Shown: in pieces, positions 1 to 11,376 of the stretch
How the letters are laid out: every line of letters starts with the position of its first letter
Numbering within the stretch: position 1 is the first letter of the stretch
Source of the DNA: Octopus sinensis
Taxonomy: Eukaryota
Length of the DNA: 64,000 nucleotides
NCBI RefSeq assembly: GCF_006345805.1
Contig: NC_043006.1
Location: 29,574,001-29,638,000, forward strand
Direction of reading: 5' to 3'
The notes under the pieces: generated by a model
What the model was told of the DNA's origin: nothing
The model's input: only the letters and a program-made list of their open reading frames with translations
Database searches by the model: none
Made by a program: the position numbers and the translations under genes

Positions 1-189
1 AGGTGGAAGTATGAAGATAAGTAAAGTAAAATTGTTTAACAGAAAAGTGAATATATATCACAAGCTTCATGTGCCTGGAATGCTACTCCTTATTTTTTCA
101 GAAAACTAATATGCAAAAGCGGGTCCGATATTGTAAGAAGCTAAAACCGACAAAGTCTCTGTCACTGCATGTTTAATAGGAGCAAACTT

Positions 190-350
190 AGCCTTGGAGT
201 TAAGGAGATTACTTTGCAACTATATGATTCTGGCTTTGGCCCAACAGCACAGCATCTGGAGCAGGTGCCATCTACTTTACTGTAACTGGAATTTGGTAGA
301 CAGAACCTTGTTGGGTGTGTGTGGTGTACACCAATATTCTGGGTTGCATC
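190..350 (-). mobile_element. Degenerate R4/Dong-type LINE 3' end
   Basis: Frameshifted LQ..VLLG.ARI-like C-terminal motif, similar to the better copy at 38039-38347. Confidence 0.4.
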
Positions 351-1061
351 TCTTTATGTCAAAAACTAACTTAGACATTCAGTAAATAGAGAGCAATATA
401 ATATGGATCAAAATGAAATAACTACTCGTGTTGATATGACTGATAAATAACTTTGGCGTTGTTACCCTTGAATGGCTGCAGTCCAATGACTACAGCCTAT
501 AAAAGAGGTAAAACAAAGAATAGGAATGCAAATGTCTATACTAACTGGCTGCTAGTAAATAATAATATGTTGACATTAATGCCTTTCACAAAGGAATTGG
601 CAGCATAAATACAGACAAGTACAACAGATTAAAAAAAAAGTATTAAAATTGCATCATGGCCCAATATTTTACCCTATAATCAGTTTATTAATAAATTAAT
701 GGAAGGTGACAGAAATGGTAAATTGACTAATTTGGTATATTTCTGAATTTAACTTCATGTTTAAAGGCTCATCCTAGAAGAGTCAAATTTTATATTTCAT
801 TTCACCAAGCTCAGTTTAATAAATACCAACTGCTATTGTTCAACATATACTAAAACATTTTTCATCATACGTCTATCCTTATGATCAAGCATCTTCTAAC
901 CATAACACTTCTGTCATTTTTGTATATCAACAGCTACAATTATCTAACGCAATAAGAGTGTGTGATTTGGGGGGTGTCTTAATTTCTATTTCTAGCATAT
1001 CAAACAACTGCATTTGAGACCCCCTCGTTAGTTTATATGAACATCAGTAATGTAAATGTAC

Positions 1062-1247
1062 CAAGGTTGATTCAATGAAATATCAAATACGTCCCAATGT
1101 AAGAAATCAATGTAAATTTGTACAGGTTATATTCATACAACAAAAACGATGTCGTCATTTATACATAGAGCCAGCCATTCATTATTGGCAATGTTCTATC
1201 AATAAATATAGCTATGTTACCAGATGAAAACCAGTTCGTTGTAGTAG
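1062..1247 (-). pseudogene. PKD-repeat exon-like segment, 186 nt, phase 1 to 1, with two in-frame stop codons
   Basis: Acceptor ...accaattctacAG at 1249-1248. Reads (A)TTTNWFSSGNIAIFIDRTLPIMNGWLYV*MTTSFLLYEYNLYKFTLISYIGTYLIFH*INL(G). IFIDRTLPIMNG matches IFVDAILPEPKG, and FTLISYIGTYLIFH* matches FEASLSIGTNITFTW, both from exon 29941-30239. Putative donor G|GTACAT at 1061 is weak. Confidence 0.65.
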
Positions 1248-1546
1248 CTGTAGAATTGGTCATATTGATAAACAATATAAGTCAAAACAATTGATAAAAT
1301 ATATTGCCTCTTGTTTCCCACCAGTGAAAAACCTGCTGCATTTGAGTTCTGACAAGAAATGAATAAATTTCCATGTTTTGCTCTAATGTTCTGCTTGCAA
1401 TAAATCAATAATATCTTTTGCTCCTATACTCCCTTCATTTATTTATATTTGTTGTGTGTGTGTGTATGTGTGCTAATTTATTTATTAACTGTCAGAACGT
1501 TAATGCCGGCTAGACACTGTGTGATTAGAGCACATCAAAAACTCAC

Positions 1547-1687
1547 CCTTGTTATACGCCGTCACATCAACATGGAACCGTCCAGGTGTAGAGAAATCTA
1601 AAGAGATAAGTGGCCAGGCTGTTTTCAAAGACACATTATTAGAGAAGTCCCACTGGTAGATTAGGTGAGGAAGTTTCTTGAATACAT
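1547..1687 (-). CDS. PKD-repeat exon, 141 nt, phase 1 to 1
   Basis: Acceptor ttgtttttgtctcttgttttAG at 1689-1688; donor GTGAGT at 1546. Encodes (D)VFKKLPHLIYQWDFSNNVSLKTAWPLISLDFSTPGRFHVDVTAYNK; inside ORF 1500..1832. Confidence 0.92.
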
Positions 1688-1949
1688 CTAAAACAAGAGA
1701 CAAAAACAACAATGTATGAGAATAATAATAACAACAACAACAATAACAACAATAATGATGGCATATACTGATAGGAGAGTAGGAGAGTAGGGGATTCAGT
1801 GAGACCATTGCTTCTGCTACTTTAAGTAACAACTGTTTCTAATTTAGTGACAAAGCCCACCAATTTTGAGGGGATGGGGTCAGTTGAGTACACAACACCA
1901 ATTCTTTATTTTGCCATAGGCTCAAAAGAGAGGAAGACTAACCACTCTT

Positions 1950-2230
1950 CCCGGCCAAAGAATATGTAGGCACATCAAGTCTCATAGATTTTGTCAGATT
2001 TATCTTCGATGCGACATAGCTGTTCAACAGCAGCCTTCAAATTTTTAATGCATGTATGTTAAGCAACAGGGTGCAGAAAAATTTTGTCAATCTGTGCACA
2101 TCAAAAATAGGTTTGGCTATTGCCACTTCCATGTTAATACAACTTGTCTTGAACAGGTAACACCCCACAGGAGCACGGCCATACCAATGAACTTTGGAAG
2201 TTGTCCATAGTTCCCATCTTGGAAATCCTC
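1950..2230 (-). mobile_element. R4/Dong-type LINE C-terminal relic
   Basis: Degenerate ELW..KV...GA.G and LLG..RI motifs of the restriction-like endonuclease region. Confidence 0.55.
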
Positions 2231-2839
2231 CAGAGTAACTGCCCAAATTGTTAGTGATAAAGGGCTTTCATACCTACCTGACAGGGACTATTAAATAAAG
2301 TGATATAAAAGTAAAGTAATAAATGGTAATAAAGCTTTCTTATTTTGGTACAAGGCCAGCAAGTTTGAAGGGAGGAAGAGTAATTGATACCTTCAAACCC
2401 AATGACCTCTGTAAATCAACCTCAAGGTTGCAGCTGATGCCACCAAAACCCAGGTGAGCTTATTAGACAATGCGATCAATCTCCAGTATTTAGTTGGTAC
2501 TTAACTTTATCAACTCCAGATGGATGAAGGGCAAAAATAATTTTAGCAGGAGCTAAAACTCAGAATATAGATACCACAAGAGAGTTCTAATTTACCTTGA
2601 TGATGATGATGATGATAATAATTTAAGGACAAGGCCAGAAATATTGAGAAATGTGGGGAAGTTAGTTGATACAAATGATCCTAGTACTTCAGTGGTACTG
2701 TATTTAATTAACCCCAGCAAGATAAAAGGTAAAGTTTGCAGAAGCAGTATATCAAAGAGGGATAAGTGCAGCAGAGGTACATGAAAAAGGAGTTAATTGT
2801 GGGTGAGGAACATCCACACCTACACGAGAAACACCTAAT

Positions 2840-3350
2840 AATGCCTGACGAAGAGGAAAGGCTGTTGTGAAAAGAGCACAGGGAAGAAAGAGAAATTAAA
2901 AATTGACAAGATGGTCTTGAGAAATTGCAGAAAGAGTTTGACAAATTTATACAAAAGTATATGAGAAAACACCACACTCATGGATCAGGTGAGGGCAGAA
3001 ACTCTTCCAAATCTCCAAAATGGTTAGTTGCTAGTTAGAAAAAAGCAACTAGAAGCAAAACATCAGGAGGGAAAAGAATGACAGTAGAGGAATTTTTCAA
3101 AGGGACAGCGTCTCTCTTAACCTGTTTGTAATCACACTGATCCTTTTGTTGATTATATTAAACAAAGCTAAAGAAGGATAGTCATTGGCAAAGAATAGGA
3201 GAAAAAAGAGTCACCCACTATTTATGGATTATTTGAAGCTCTGTGGTATAGACAAAGGCCTACTGGATTCCTTAGTACAAGCTGTAAGAGTGTTTAGTAC
3301 CAACATCAGGATGTCTTTCAGAATTGACAACTGTGAAATAATAAGAGTGA
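2840..3350 (+). mobile_element. R4/Dong-type LINE reverse transcriptase relic
   Basis: Fragments IDKMVLRNCRKSLTNL, PHSWI, GQRLS.NLFVITLI and HPLFMDYLKLCGIDKGLLDSLVQAVRVFSTNIRMSF (the FMDDLKLY RT motif). Confidence 0.8.
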
Positions 3351-3399
3351 AGTGTTCATTGTCCTCCAACAGCCCTCATTGCACAAAAGCTGATGAATT

Positions 3400-3625
3400 T
3401 TCTCTACATTTTCCAGAGGTGAGGCTCATGGCAGGTCTTCCAGTTTGCTCATCATCTTCCAGGGATGTTCTTCCACTTTTGAAGTGCCCGTTCCATTCAA
3501 AACATTGGCATACAACCCATTTCCTTGTCATCATAAGCTTGCCAAAGCATGCTCAATGTCTCTGCAGTAGACTTACCAAGTTTAACACAACATTTCATGT
3601 TGGCTCTCTAGTGCTTCTTTTTTGA
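3400..3625 (-). mobile_element. mariner transposase N-terminal relic
   Basis: RANMKCCVKLGKSTAETLSMLWQAYDDKEMG..QCFEWNGHFKSGRTSLEDDEQTGRP is the typical mariner HTH/linker; one frameshift. Confidence 0.88.
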
Positions 3626-3699
3626 TTTTCTAACAGTTTACAATGACACTGCTAAGCCAATCATTTGGCCAGATGGATCTTTATAGTACCTGACTGAAT

Positions 3700-4640
3700 A
3701 TTCAAGTGACCAATTTACTTCACCAAATATTTTAAGTATCTCAGTGACAAACACTGATGGAGCAGCTGCTCTCTTTACTTTTATATCCTTAATCACTCTA
3801 TTCACCATACTATGATCACTCTGAATAGCTCATCCTTCTATTGGATCTATTTGAGATAGACGTTCTCTTTCCTATATCCCTTTCTATTCAGTATCACTGA
3901 GAGCAAGTATACTCTCATCATCCTATACACAATTCTCCTCAATATTATCTCAATTCTACCAAATCCACTGATTGCCTTGTAGTAGCATAGCTATTCACAC
4001 ACAGGCATCATATAATCTGTCTTTCACTCTGAGAAAGAGTCCCTTTGTTGCCAGCAGAAGTAGGAGCTCTCTGAACTTTGTCCAGCCTATTCTTATTCTC
4101 ACAGCTACACTCTCGGAGCATCCACCTCCACTTGGTCACCTAGATAACAGAAGCTATCTACTACCTCTAACTTACTCCCCTGGCAGTTGATGGAGCCTAT
4201 TTTCTGAACATTTTTAGCGTTTATTGTACCTGTGCATCTTCCACACACAAAAGCTATTTTCCCTGTTAACCTTCCTCTGATATTTCTGCACCTCTTATGT
4301 ATCCACAGCTTACACCAGGTACACTTTATGGAGTTTCTACCTATGTCTTTTCTAAAGATCGAGCAGGGCTATCTACCTGAAGGGATTTGTAATTTGTTTG
4401 CCTTCCTACTTACTAAGACTTTGGTTTTTGCTAAATTAACTCTAAGGCCCTTCAATTCTAGACCTTTCTTCTATACCTGAAGCTTCTTCTCTAGTTCTGG
4501 TAGTGATTCAGCTATAAGAACAAGGGCATCAGCATAGAGGAACCCCCAGGGACAGCCTGTCTTAAATTCCTCTGTTATTGCCTGGAGGACTCTGATGAAT
4601 GAGAGAGGGCAGAGCACCTATCCTTGGTGAACCTCTACTT
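3700..4640 (-). mobile_element. RTE-clade LINE ORF2 fragments (RT with internal Cys/His finger), two pieces out of order
   Basis: 4640-3965 reads EFRVQVEVHQG*VLCPLSF...LYADALVLIAES...KGLRVNLAKTKV...CTWCKLWIHKRC...VDSFCYLGDQ. 3960-3700 is the more N-terminal IKDIKVKRAAAPSVFVTEILK region. Confidence 0.85.
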
Positions 4641-6600
4641 GTACCCTGAATTCTTTGCTGTAAAAGTTAAAATTATGTCATTTTAGTCAATCAGAAGCCT
4701 CTGATGATGATATTGTCGGTGTTGGCGGGGGATCACTATTACACTTTATACAGTAACAACATTGGTAACCAACTGCTTTCTCCACCACCAAACTTTGTCT
4801 ACAATTTTATCATGAGACATGTGTCTGTACAATTAGTATTGATCTGTGGTGCCCAGTGTTTTAAGGGTTGTGAATTCAATAAAAGATTACATCTGTGGAA
4901 AATGATTTGAATTAAAATGTTCTTAATGACATTCAAAAAGTGAAAAGGATTTGGTCTTGTCTCAAATGAGGAAATCCTGGTGCTTAATGCTTCATCCGTT
5001 TTGTTCTTTAAACATTTTGGTTGCTATTTCTAGCAAGCCAAGAGACTGAACTTTCTTCTTGGTATTCTATATATTATCTTAGTGCTTTGTAGTCTTATAG
5101 GTAGAGAGTTGAGACATCTGCTATGTCAGCCAGAGAGGATTCTATCTGGCTAAAATTACATTATTTTAAATGCTTACAACTCTTTTATTGTTATTAATTC
5201 ATAGAGAAATGAATGTAATTTTCACCTGTGACAAAAACTACATCAATGTAGAAAATTTGAAATAATTCAAGTTGGATGAATTTTAAAAAGGTCTGTAAAT
5301 TTTATGCTATTAAAATACAGTCATTTGAAGAAGAAAGCAGGGAATAAGAAAAATAGACAGAATAGGCAAAGTGCCACAATCATTCCCAATCGTTGAACTT
5401 GTTAATTTTTCAGCCTCAGTCCTTTCTGCAAACAGAACCTCGGTTGGTTGGTTGATTGGTCAGTTGGTTGGTTGGTTGATTGGATGCACAGATAGGTTGC
5501 TTGTTGGAGATATGTTGGGTTTATTTACATTCCTGTATCTAGGCAAGCCAGTTGATATGGCAACAAGAAGCCAAGGTTACATTTGCACTCAGTTATGGCT
5601 GATATTTACTCTTTTCCTATAGTTGGTGCAGATTTTTCAAACACCTCACTCACACACCTGACATAGGAAATGGAAGGAGGAACAAAAGAAAAGAAAGACA
5701 AACTTTAAGTGAAACCAATTGCCAGGAGGTTAGAAGGTCAATGAAAGCCCAGCCAGTCTTTCTTCCACTGGCAGCAGGTGACAGGTGCTATACCATACTT
5801 TTGGCTACCAACTTGTAAATTAAACTTTCTCATAATGATTTAGAATATCAATGTTCACAGGGAGAATGAGGAGTATAAAAAAAAACACACAGAAGGTGAG
5901 AGAGAAGGAAAAGAGAAATAGAAGGCAAAAGTAGATAAAAGTGGAAAATAAAAATTATAAGACAGGTAAAAATGAGTGAGAATATGAAAGAGTGAAAGAG
6001 AGGAGAGAGAGAGTAAAAATAATCATAAAATAGAGAGAGAAGAGAAATATGAAAAAGAAAGAGTAAGAAAGGCTGATTCTAAGAAAGAAAGAAAGAAAGA
6101 AAGAGTGAGTGAGTAAAAATAATAAAATACAGTAAGAGTGGAAATAAAGATAAACAAGAGAAAATGGAGGGAAGCATGAATATAAGAAAAATAGAGACTA
6201 GAAATAAAGAGGAGAGATGTATTTTCAGAGTGAAATTTGCAAATATTTTTTAATGAATATTTTAGCATCAGAAATTGTGTTCTATTTCTTCTCTAGTGAC
6301 TAACATCTAATTCACAGTTTAAACTAACATGATACAGAAATCAAAGGAAAACTTTTTGCCAGAAGATCCCTATAAAAATTAAGGGAATAAATAAAACAAG
6401 ATGGATAACGCATTTATTCATATGATTTAAAAATTTTCCTTCCAAATGGGAAATAATAGTTTTTAGTTTTAGCAGCAGAGGAAACAAAGTTCTGAGTCTT
6501 TTTAAAAAGAATAACATTAACAACAGGAAAACTATAAAAAGTGATTGAGAAATAGTGAAAATACTTTGTCATATACTAACCAAAACATGCTACATAATTT

Positions 6601-7047
6601 GGATCTTTTCGGTTTGAACGGCAGTTTTTTCTAGCGGTGTCATATGAAATTGTCACCCATAATTATGACCCAAGTATTGATCTATTGCATTTCAATCTGT
6701 TTTAGGGTTAGGGTTAGAGTTAGGGTTAGGGGTGGGGGGAAGGGTATCTTTTTTCCTTCAGAAATGTAAATAAACCCAATCTGTTTCTTAAATGAGGGAC
6801 ATATTCATACGGCACAGAATGTTTTCATCTCAATAGACGTCATTGATTGGTTGAAATTGCAGAAATTGAAGAAAAAAAAACAACAAATATCTTACAAACC
6901 ATAGAATTTTCTCAATAAAGCCAAGAGAAAAAGATATTTTATAAACACATTCTACCAGTATACTCTTTTACTCTTTTACGAAGTTTAAAAGTGTTTAGTT
7001 ACGTGGAAATTATTTTCAAAAAACTGCCAGTCAAACCGAAAAGATCC
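6601..7047. mobile_element. Intact MITE with 30-bp TIRs, 8-bp TSD and internal TTAGGG repeats (Merlin-like or hAT-like)
   Basis: TIR GGATCTTTTCGGTTTGA..GGCAGTTTTTT, 28/30 identical (6601-6630 vs 7018-7047); TSD CATAATTT at 6593-6600 and 7048-7055; no ORF. Confidence 0.9.
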
Positions 7048-7159
7048 CATAATTTTTATACCTAATGAGGCACCAGTACACATGCACACACACTTGTGTG
7101 TCATTTTATATAGACAAATACATACATTAATGTATTTACATTTATATATTTATGGACCA

Positions 7160-7390
7160 AATCATTGAGCTGAATATGATAAAGGTAAAGCTTGATAAAA
7201 CTCAGTCAAAGAACAGATACAGAATCTGTGGGAAAGAGGATAAAAATATTAACCATTTCTTCAGTGAATGCAGTATTCTAGCACAAAAAGAGTATAAGCA
7301 GAGGCATGAGTGTGTACACAAAAAAGCACACTAGGATGTTAGCTGAGTGTGTGGATTCAAAGTGACAGAAAAGTGACATGAACACAAGCT
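7160..7390 (+). mobile_element. R4/Dong-type LINE CCHC zinc-knuckle relic
   Basis: RYRICGKEDKNINHFFSECSILAQKEYKQRH, homologous to CRLCKSKEGRVTHTINECSMLAQKEYKKRH at about 38700-38800. Confidence 0.85.
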
Positions 7391-7479
7391 AGCTGCAATG
7401 GAGACTATGGCCATGGCCAGCAGAAAGCAACACAGCATCCACATATCAGGATTCATCCAACAATCAATGACCAGTGTCT

Positions 7480-7930
7480 TAGATGACTATGTGAAGCTGC
7501 TGGATGGAGAGGGTTTCAATTAAAAGACCCTCTGTGAGGCAGCAAGATTTGGGCCCTTGCCATACCTCCAGAGATCTCTTAGTTTCACTGATTACAAACC
7601 CATAGATTACTATGTGTGGGGCACAGTTGAAAAAGACAATAACCACTCTGCCTGCAACACCAAGGCCAAGCTGGTGGTCAAGATCAAGGAGGTGTTCAAA
7701 GGTCTTCCCAGGGACACAATGAGAAATGCATGTGCCAAGTTCTGAAGCCATCTTGATGCTGTGTTACAAGCTGAAGATGGCTATTTTGAGGAAACTGTTA
7801 TGTCTCATCCCAAATTCTAGTTGATATTTTTTGATTTTTTTTTTTTAGATACTTTTATTTTGGGATGGGATATTGTTTTTTTTCTTTTCTTTTTATGTAA
7901 ACTGCCAAATTTAGCATAAACATCATGTAT
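7480..7930 (+). mobile_element. Tc1/mariner DD37D (maT)-type transposase 3' relic
   Basis: DYKPIDYYVWGTVEKDNNHSACNTKAKLVVKIKEVFKGLPRDTMRNACAKF...AEDGYFE*; same family as 44690-45490 and 53400-53930. Confidence 0.85.
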
Positions 7931-8571
7931 ATACACATACATCCACTCCCATTTTATTCCCTTCTTCCCCCCCATCCCACTTTTGCACTTTCCTGAACTC
8001 CCTACTGACACACTACTCTGGGCAATTCTCTACCATTCCATTTATATTCACAGCCTTGTGCCTTATGTCTTGGCACATTGCCACCATCTATCTCACTCTC
8101 TCTGGGGTAACCATGTGTCTCGTCTGCAGCAGGGTTTCTGTCCCTCTGACATACTCTAACCTCTCATCACTAGGCACAAGGCCACCTCCCTAAACACTTC
8201 TCCCTCTCTCAGTTAAAGGATCTTTGTCTTGCAAGTTACTTGGTGACCTCACCAGTGCTGGTGCCACATAAAAAGCACCCAGCCATAAAAAACCTATCCC
8301 AAAGTAGTTAGTAGAGCTTTAAGCAGTCCCCTGGTTTACCAACTCCAGTCAAACCATTGAAGCCATGCCAGCATGGAAAACGGGTGTTAAGTGATGATGA
8401 TGATGATGATGATTATGATATATGCACACACACACATGATGTGTGTGAAAGAGTTATTTTGTTGACTTTTTTAATCACCATATTTATAAAGCTAGTGCAT
8501 TTCAATCCATTTTCAAAATAAAAATTTTGAAGACCTTTAAATATAACTTAGTTGAATAACTGCAACTTATT

Positions 8572-8634
<63 letters not shown>

Positions 8635-9221
8635 GTGTGTGTGTATATATATATAAAAGTATATATAAAGTTGATATTCAGAACAAATCTTAATGCAATA
8701 TATATATTTATTATCTATTATTATAAGTTTTCTTTTTTCATGTAAAAACAAAATTTCAATGAAGACTTATATAAAAATACGAACATTTAAATACAGACTC
8801 AGATGTTGTTTTAAAGTGTTATGAATTGTCTATTATCTTACATAACAGCTGACCTAATAATTTTTGTGCTGTTAACGTGACTGATCCAGCAGTTTTCAAA
8901 CTAACAAATAACAAGGCTGCCTACAAAATTGTGAAAGTATTTTTGCTTCCTGTCTTCTTTTTTTTTTTTTTTTTTGGCTCCCTGCTAACCCCCCTTTATA
9001 AATCAAAGGAAGGAACAGAGTGCGCATCTATGAGATTTCTCTTTCTTCACCATGGAATTCAACAAGTGATGATTGTGATGGTTATGATATGAACACATAC
9101 ACATATACAAGAGGGACAGAGAGAGAGGGGGGGTGAAGGAAGAAGATCGTGACTTCTTCAGTTATCTTCTACATTATTGGCTATGAGTGATTCTGGACGT
9201 AATCCCACCATAAAAATCAGA

Positions 9222-9612
9222 GATCCGATCATTCTCTAGAAAAACGACGACGCCGTGGTGATCTCATTCTCGCTCACAACATCATAAGCGGAAAGTGTAA
9301 CCTCTCGAAAGAGCTGTTCGTCACTCCTGCTCCAGAGCGTCGGCTGCGGGGTCACTCCAAAAAGCTCTATCTGCGACGATTTCATCTCAATCGAAGGAGA
9401 GGGGCTTTCTCCATCCGGGTTGCGGATCCGTGGAATAAGCTGCTGGACGAGATAGTGAAGATGCCGACGACTGCTCGGTTCAAAGTCTCTCTTGACCAGA
9501 AATGGCCTGAACTATTTGCATGAACACCCTCCTTGTACATAGCTCCATGTCCCCCTACATGGCCTTGCTTTTTGCATTTTGAGCCAAAAAATTAACTTAA
9601 CTTAACTTAACT
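9222..9612 (+). mobile_element. Young 5'-truncated CR1-clade LINE with (TTAAC)n tail
   Basis: SLEKRRRRGDLILAHNII...LRGHSKKLYLRRFHLNRRRGAFSIRVADPWNKL...FKVSLDQKW* is the CR1 ORF2 C-terminus, followed by a 3' UTR and tandem tail. Confidence 0.92.
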
Positions 9613-10306
9613 ATGTGATTTCGACCTTTTCATGGAAGTTGGTCTCAGCGCTGGAGATAACAGAGATTTATCTCCCTGCTAGCAATATAAACTAGAGCAC
9701 ATTTTGCACCAAAAGCCAAGTTTCCCTCATGCTAACAACTACAGAATAGATTGTTCGAACAGAAAGCCCACATTTTGGTGGGGATAATTATTATCCTTTG
9801 GTATTAATACAGCTTCTGTCACTAATATAAAGTTGTAACTGCAGCAGTAGTATGTGGGGGGGAGCATACTCTGTAACAGTGCATCTCTGCATCCACCATT
9901 TGTCTGGTGGATGACATCTTTGCACCATTCTGGTGACAACCATCCAACCCATAGGTCTGTTTGTGTGGTCATTGCTGGTGAGGGGTTTATGAGGTCGGAG
10001 TGCAAATCTTGTCTCAACCTCCTTTAGTTGCCTTTTATGACTTTCAGAGGCAACGTTGGGTCTATTCTTTAACACGCTGCTCCCTACACAGCATGAAGTG
10101 TTTTGCTCAAGAACACATGCCACCAAGTCTGGGAATCGAACCCAAGACCTGATGATTGTGAATGCAGCACTCTAACCAATAAACTATGTGCCTTCACAAT
10201 ATAGCAAAAATAGTTACTATAAAATAATATTGCAATGAAATTAGATGAAAAGAAAAAGAAGGCTTCAAAACAGACAATTTAAATACTAAAATGTTACATT
10301 ATAGTT

Positions 10307-10713
10307 GCAGGAGTGGCTGCGTGGAAAGTAGCTTGCTTACCAACCATATGGTTCCGGGTTCAGTCTCACTGCATGGCACCTTGGGCAAGTGTCTTCTACT
10401 ATAGCCAACCAAAGCCTTGTGAGTGGATTTGGTATACAGAAACTGAAAGAAGCCCGTCGTATATATGTATGTATATATATATATATATGTATGTGCGTGT
10501 ATATATTTGTGTGTCTGTGTTTATGCCCCCAACATTGCTTGACAACCGATGCTGGTGTGTTTATATCCCCGTAACTTAGCGGTTCGGCTAAAGAGACCGA
10601 TAGAATAAGTACTAGGCTTCCAAAGAATAAGTTCTGGGGTCGATTTGCTCAACTAAAGGCGGTGCTCCAGCATGGCCACAGTCAAATGACTGAAACGAGT
10701 AAAAGATAAAAGA
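10307..10713 (+). mobile_element. Full-length tRNA-derived SINE (family 1) with central (TA)/(TG) microsatellite
   Basis: A-box TGGCTGCGTGG and B-box GGTTCAGTCTC head, central microsatellite, AAAAGAT tandem tail; homologous to 23480, 26881/28396, about 48000 and 54622. Confidence 0.88.
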
Positions 10714-11376
10714 TGTGTATAGAAACATAGTAAATAAATAATAGTAGTCATAGATAAAATTTGAACTCAGAACCATAGTAGCGTCAAAACTGAAGGAAGC
10801 ATTTCGTCATTAGAAGCATTTCATCCATCTTTACACTCTGAGTTCAAATTCTGCTGAGGTTGACTTTGCCTTTCATCTTTTCAAAGTCAATACAGTAAGT
10901 ACCAGTTGCACACTGGGGTGTCAATGTAATCAACTCCCCACCCTCAAAATTGCTGGCCATGTGCTAAAATTCCCTACAAGTTAATTCCATCTCTTCAGTG
11001 TTCTGTAGTGATCAGTAGATAAAATTAGGTTATTGGCTGTGCCTCTAGGCTTCATCAGAGAGTTTAAAAGAGGGTCAAAAAAGTTCAGAGAGCTAATACA
11101 TGTATATATATAAATATACATATACACACTCATATATATATATACATATATACATAAGAATCAGTTACCAGTAGGTACAGCACATTATTCCTATTAAAGA
11201 GTGTATAAGAAGAGTAATAATAAGAGCAAAATAAGAGCAAGCAATAGAGTTTGAGAGGAGTACAACTTTGTAGAAAGGAAAAGGTATATGAAAGGATATA
11301 TATATATATATATATCCATACACACATATATATTAACAAAAGCAATGATTGATAAATGTGGAAGTATTTAAGTTAC

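Noticed and set aside
1217-1408. ORF 1217..1408 (-), with a candidate acceptor near 1349
   Set aside because: Entered in phase 1 it reaches a stop and shows no PKD pattern. The PKD-like signal is in another frame starting at 1247.
6702-6744. Telomere or chromosome-fusion scar
   Set aside because: Only four to five TTAGGG units, enclosed by MITE TIRs and a TSD.
8840-8920. Candidate PKD mini-exon AALLFVSLKTAGSVTLTAQKLLG (-)
   Set aside because: It starts in phase 0 whereas the upstream exon ends in phase 1, the G-to-N spacing is two residues short, and the 11377 to 1687 junction already completes the repeat.
10307-10380. tRNA-like A/B boxes here and at 23480, 26881, 55050, 57777 and 20091
   Set aside because: These are SINE heads fused to SINE bodies; no complete cloverleaf is present.
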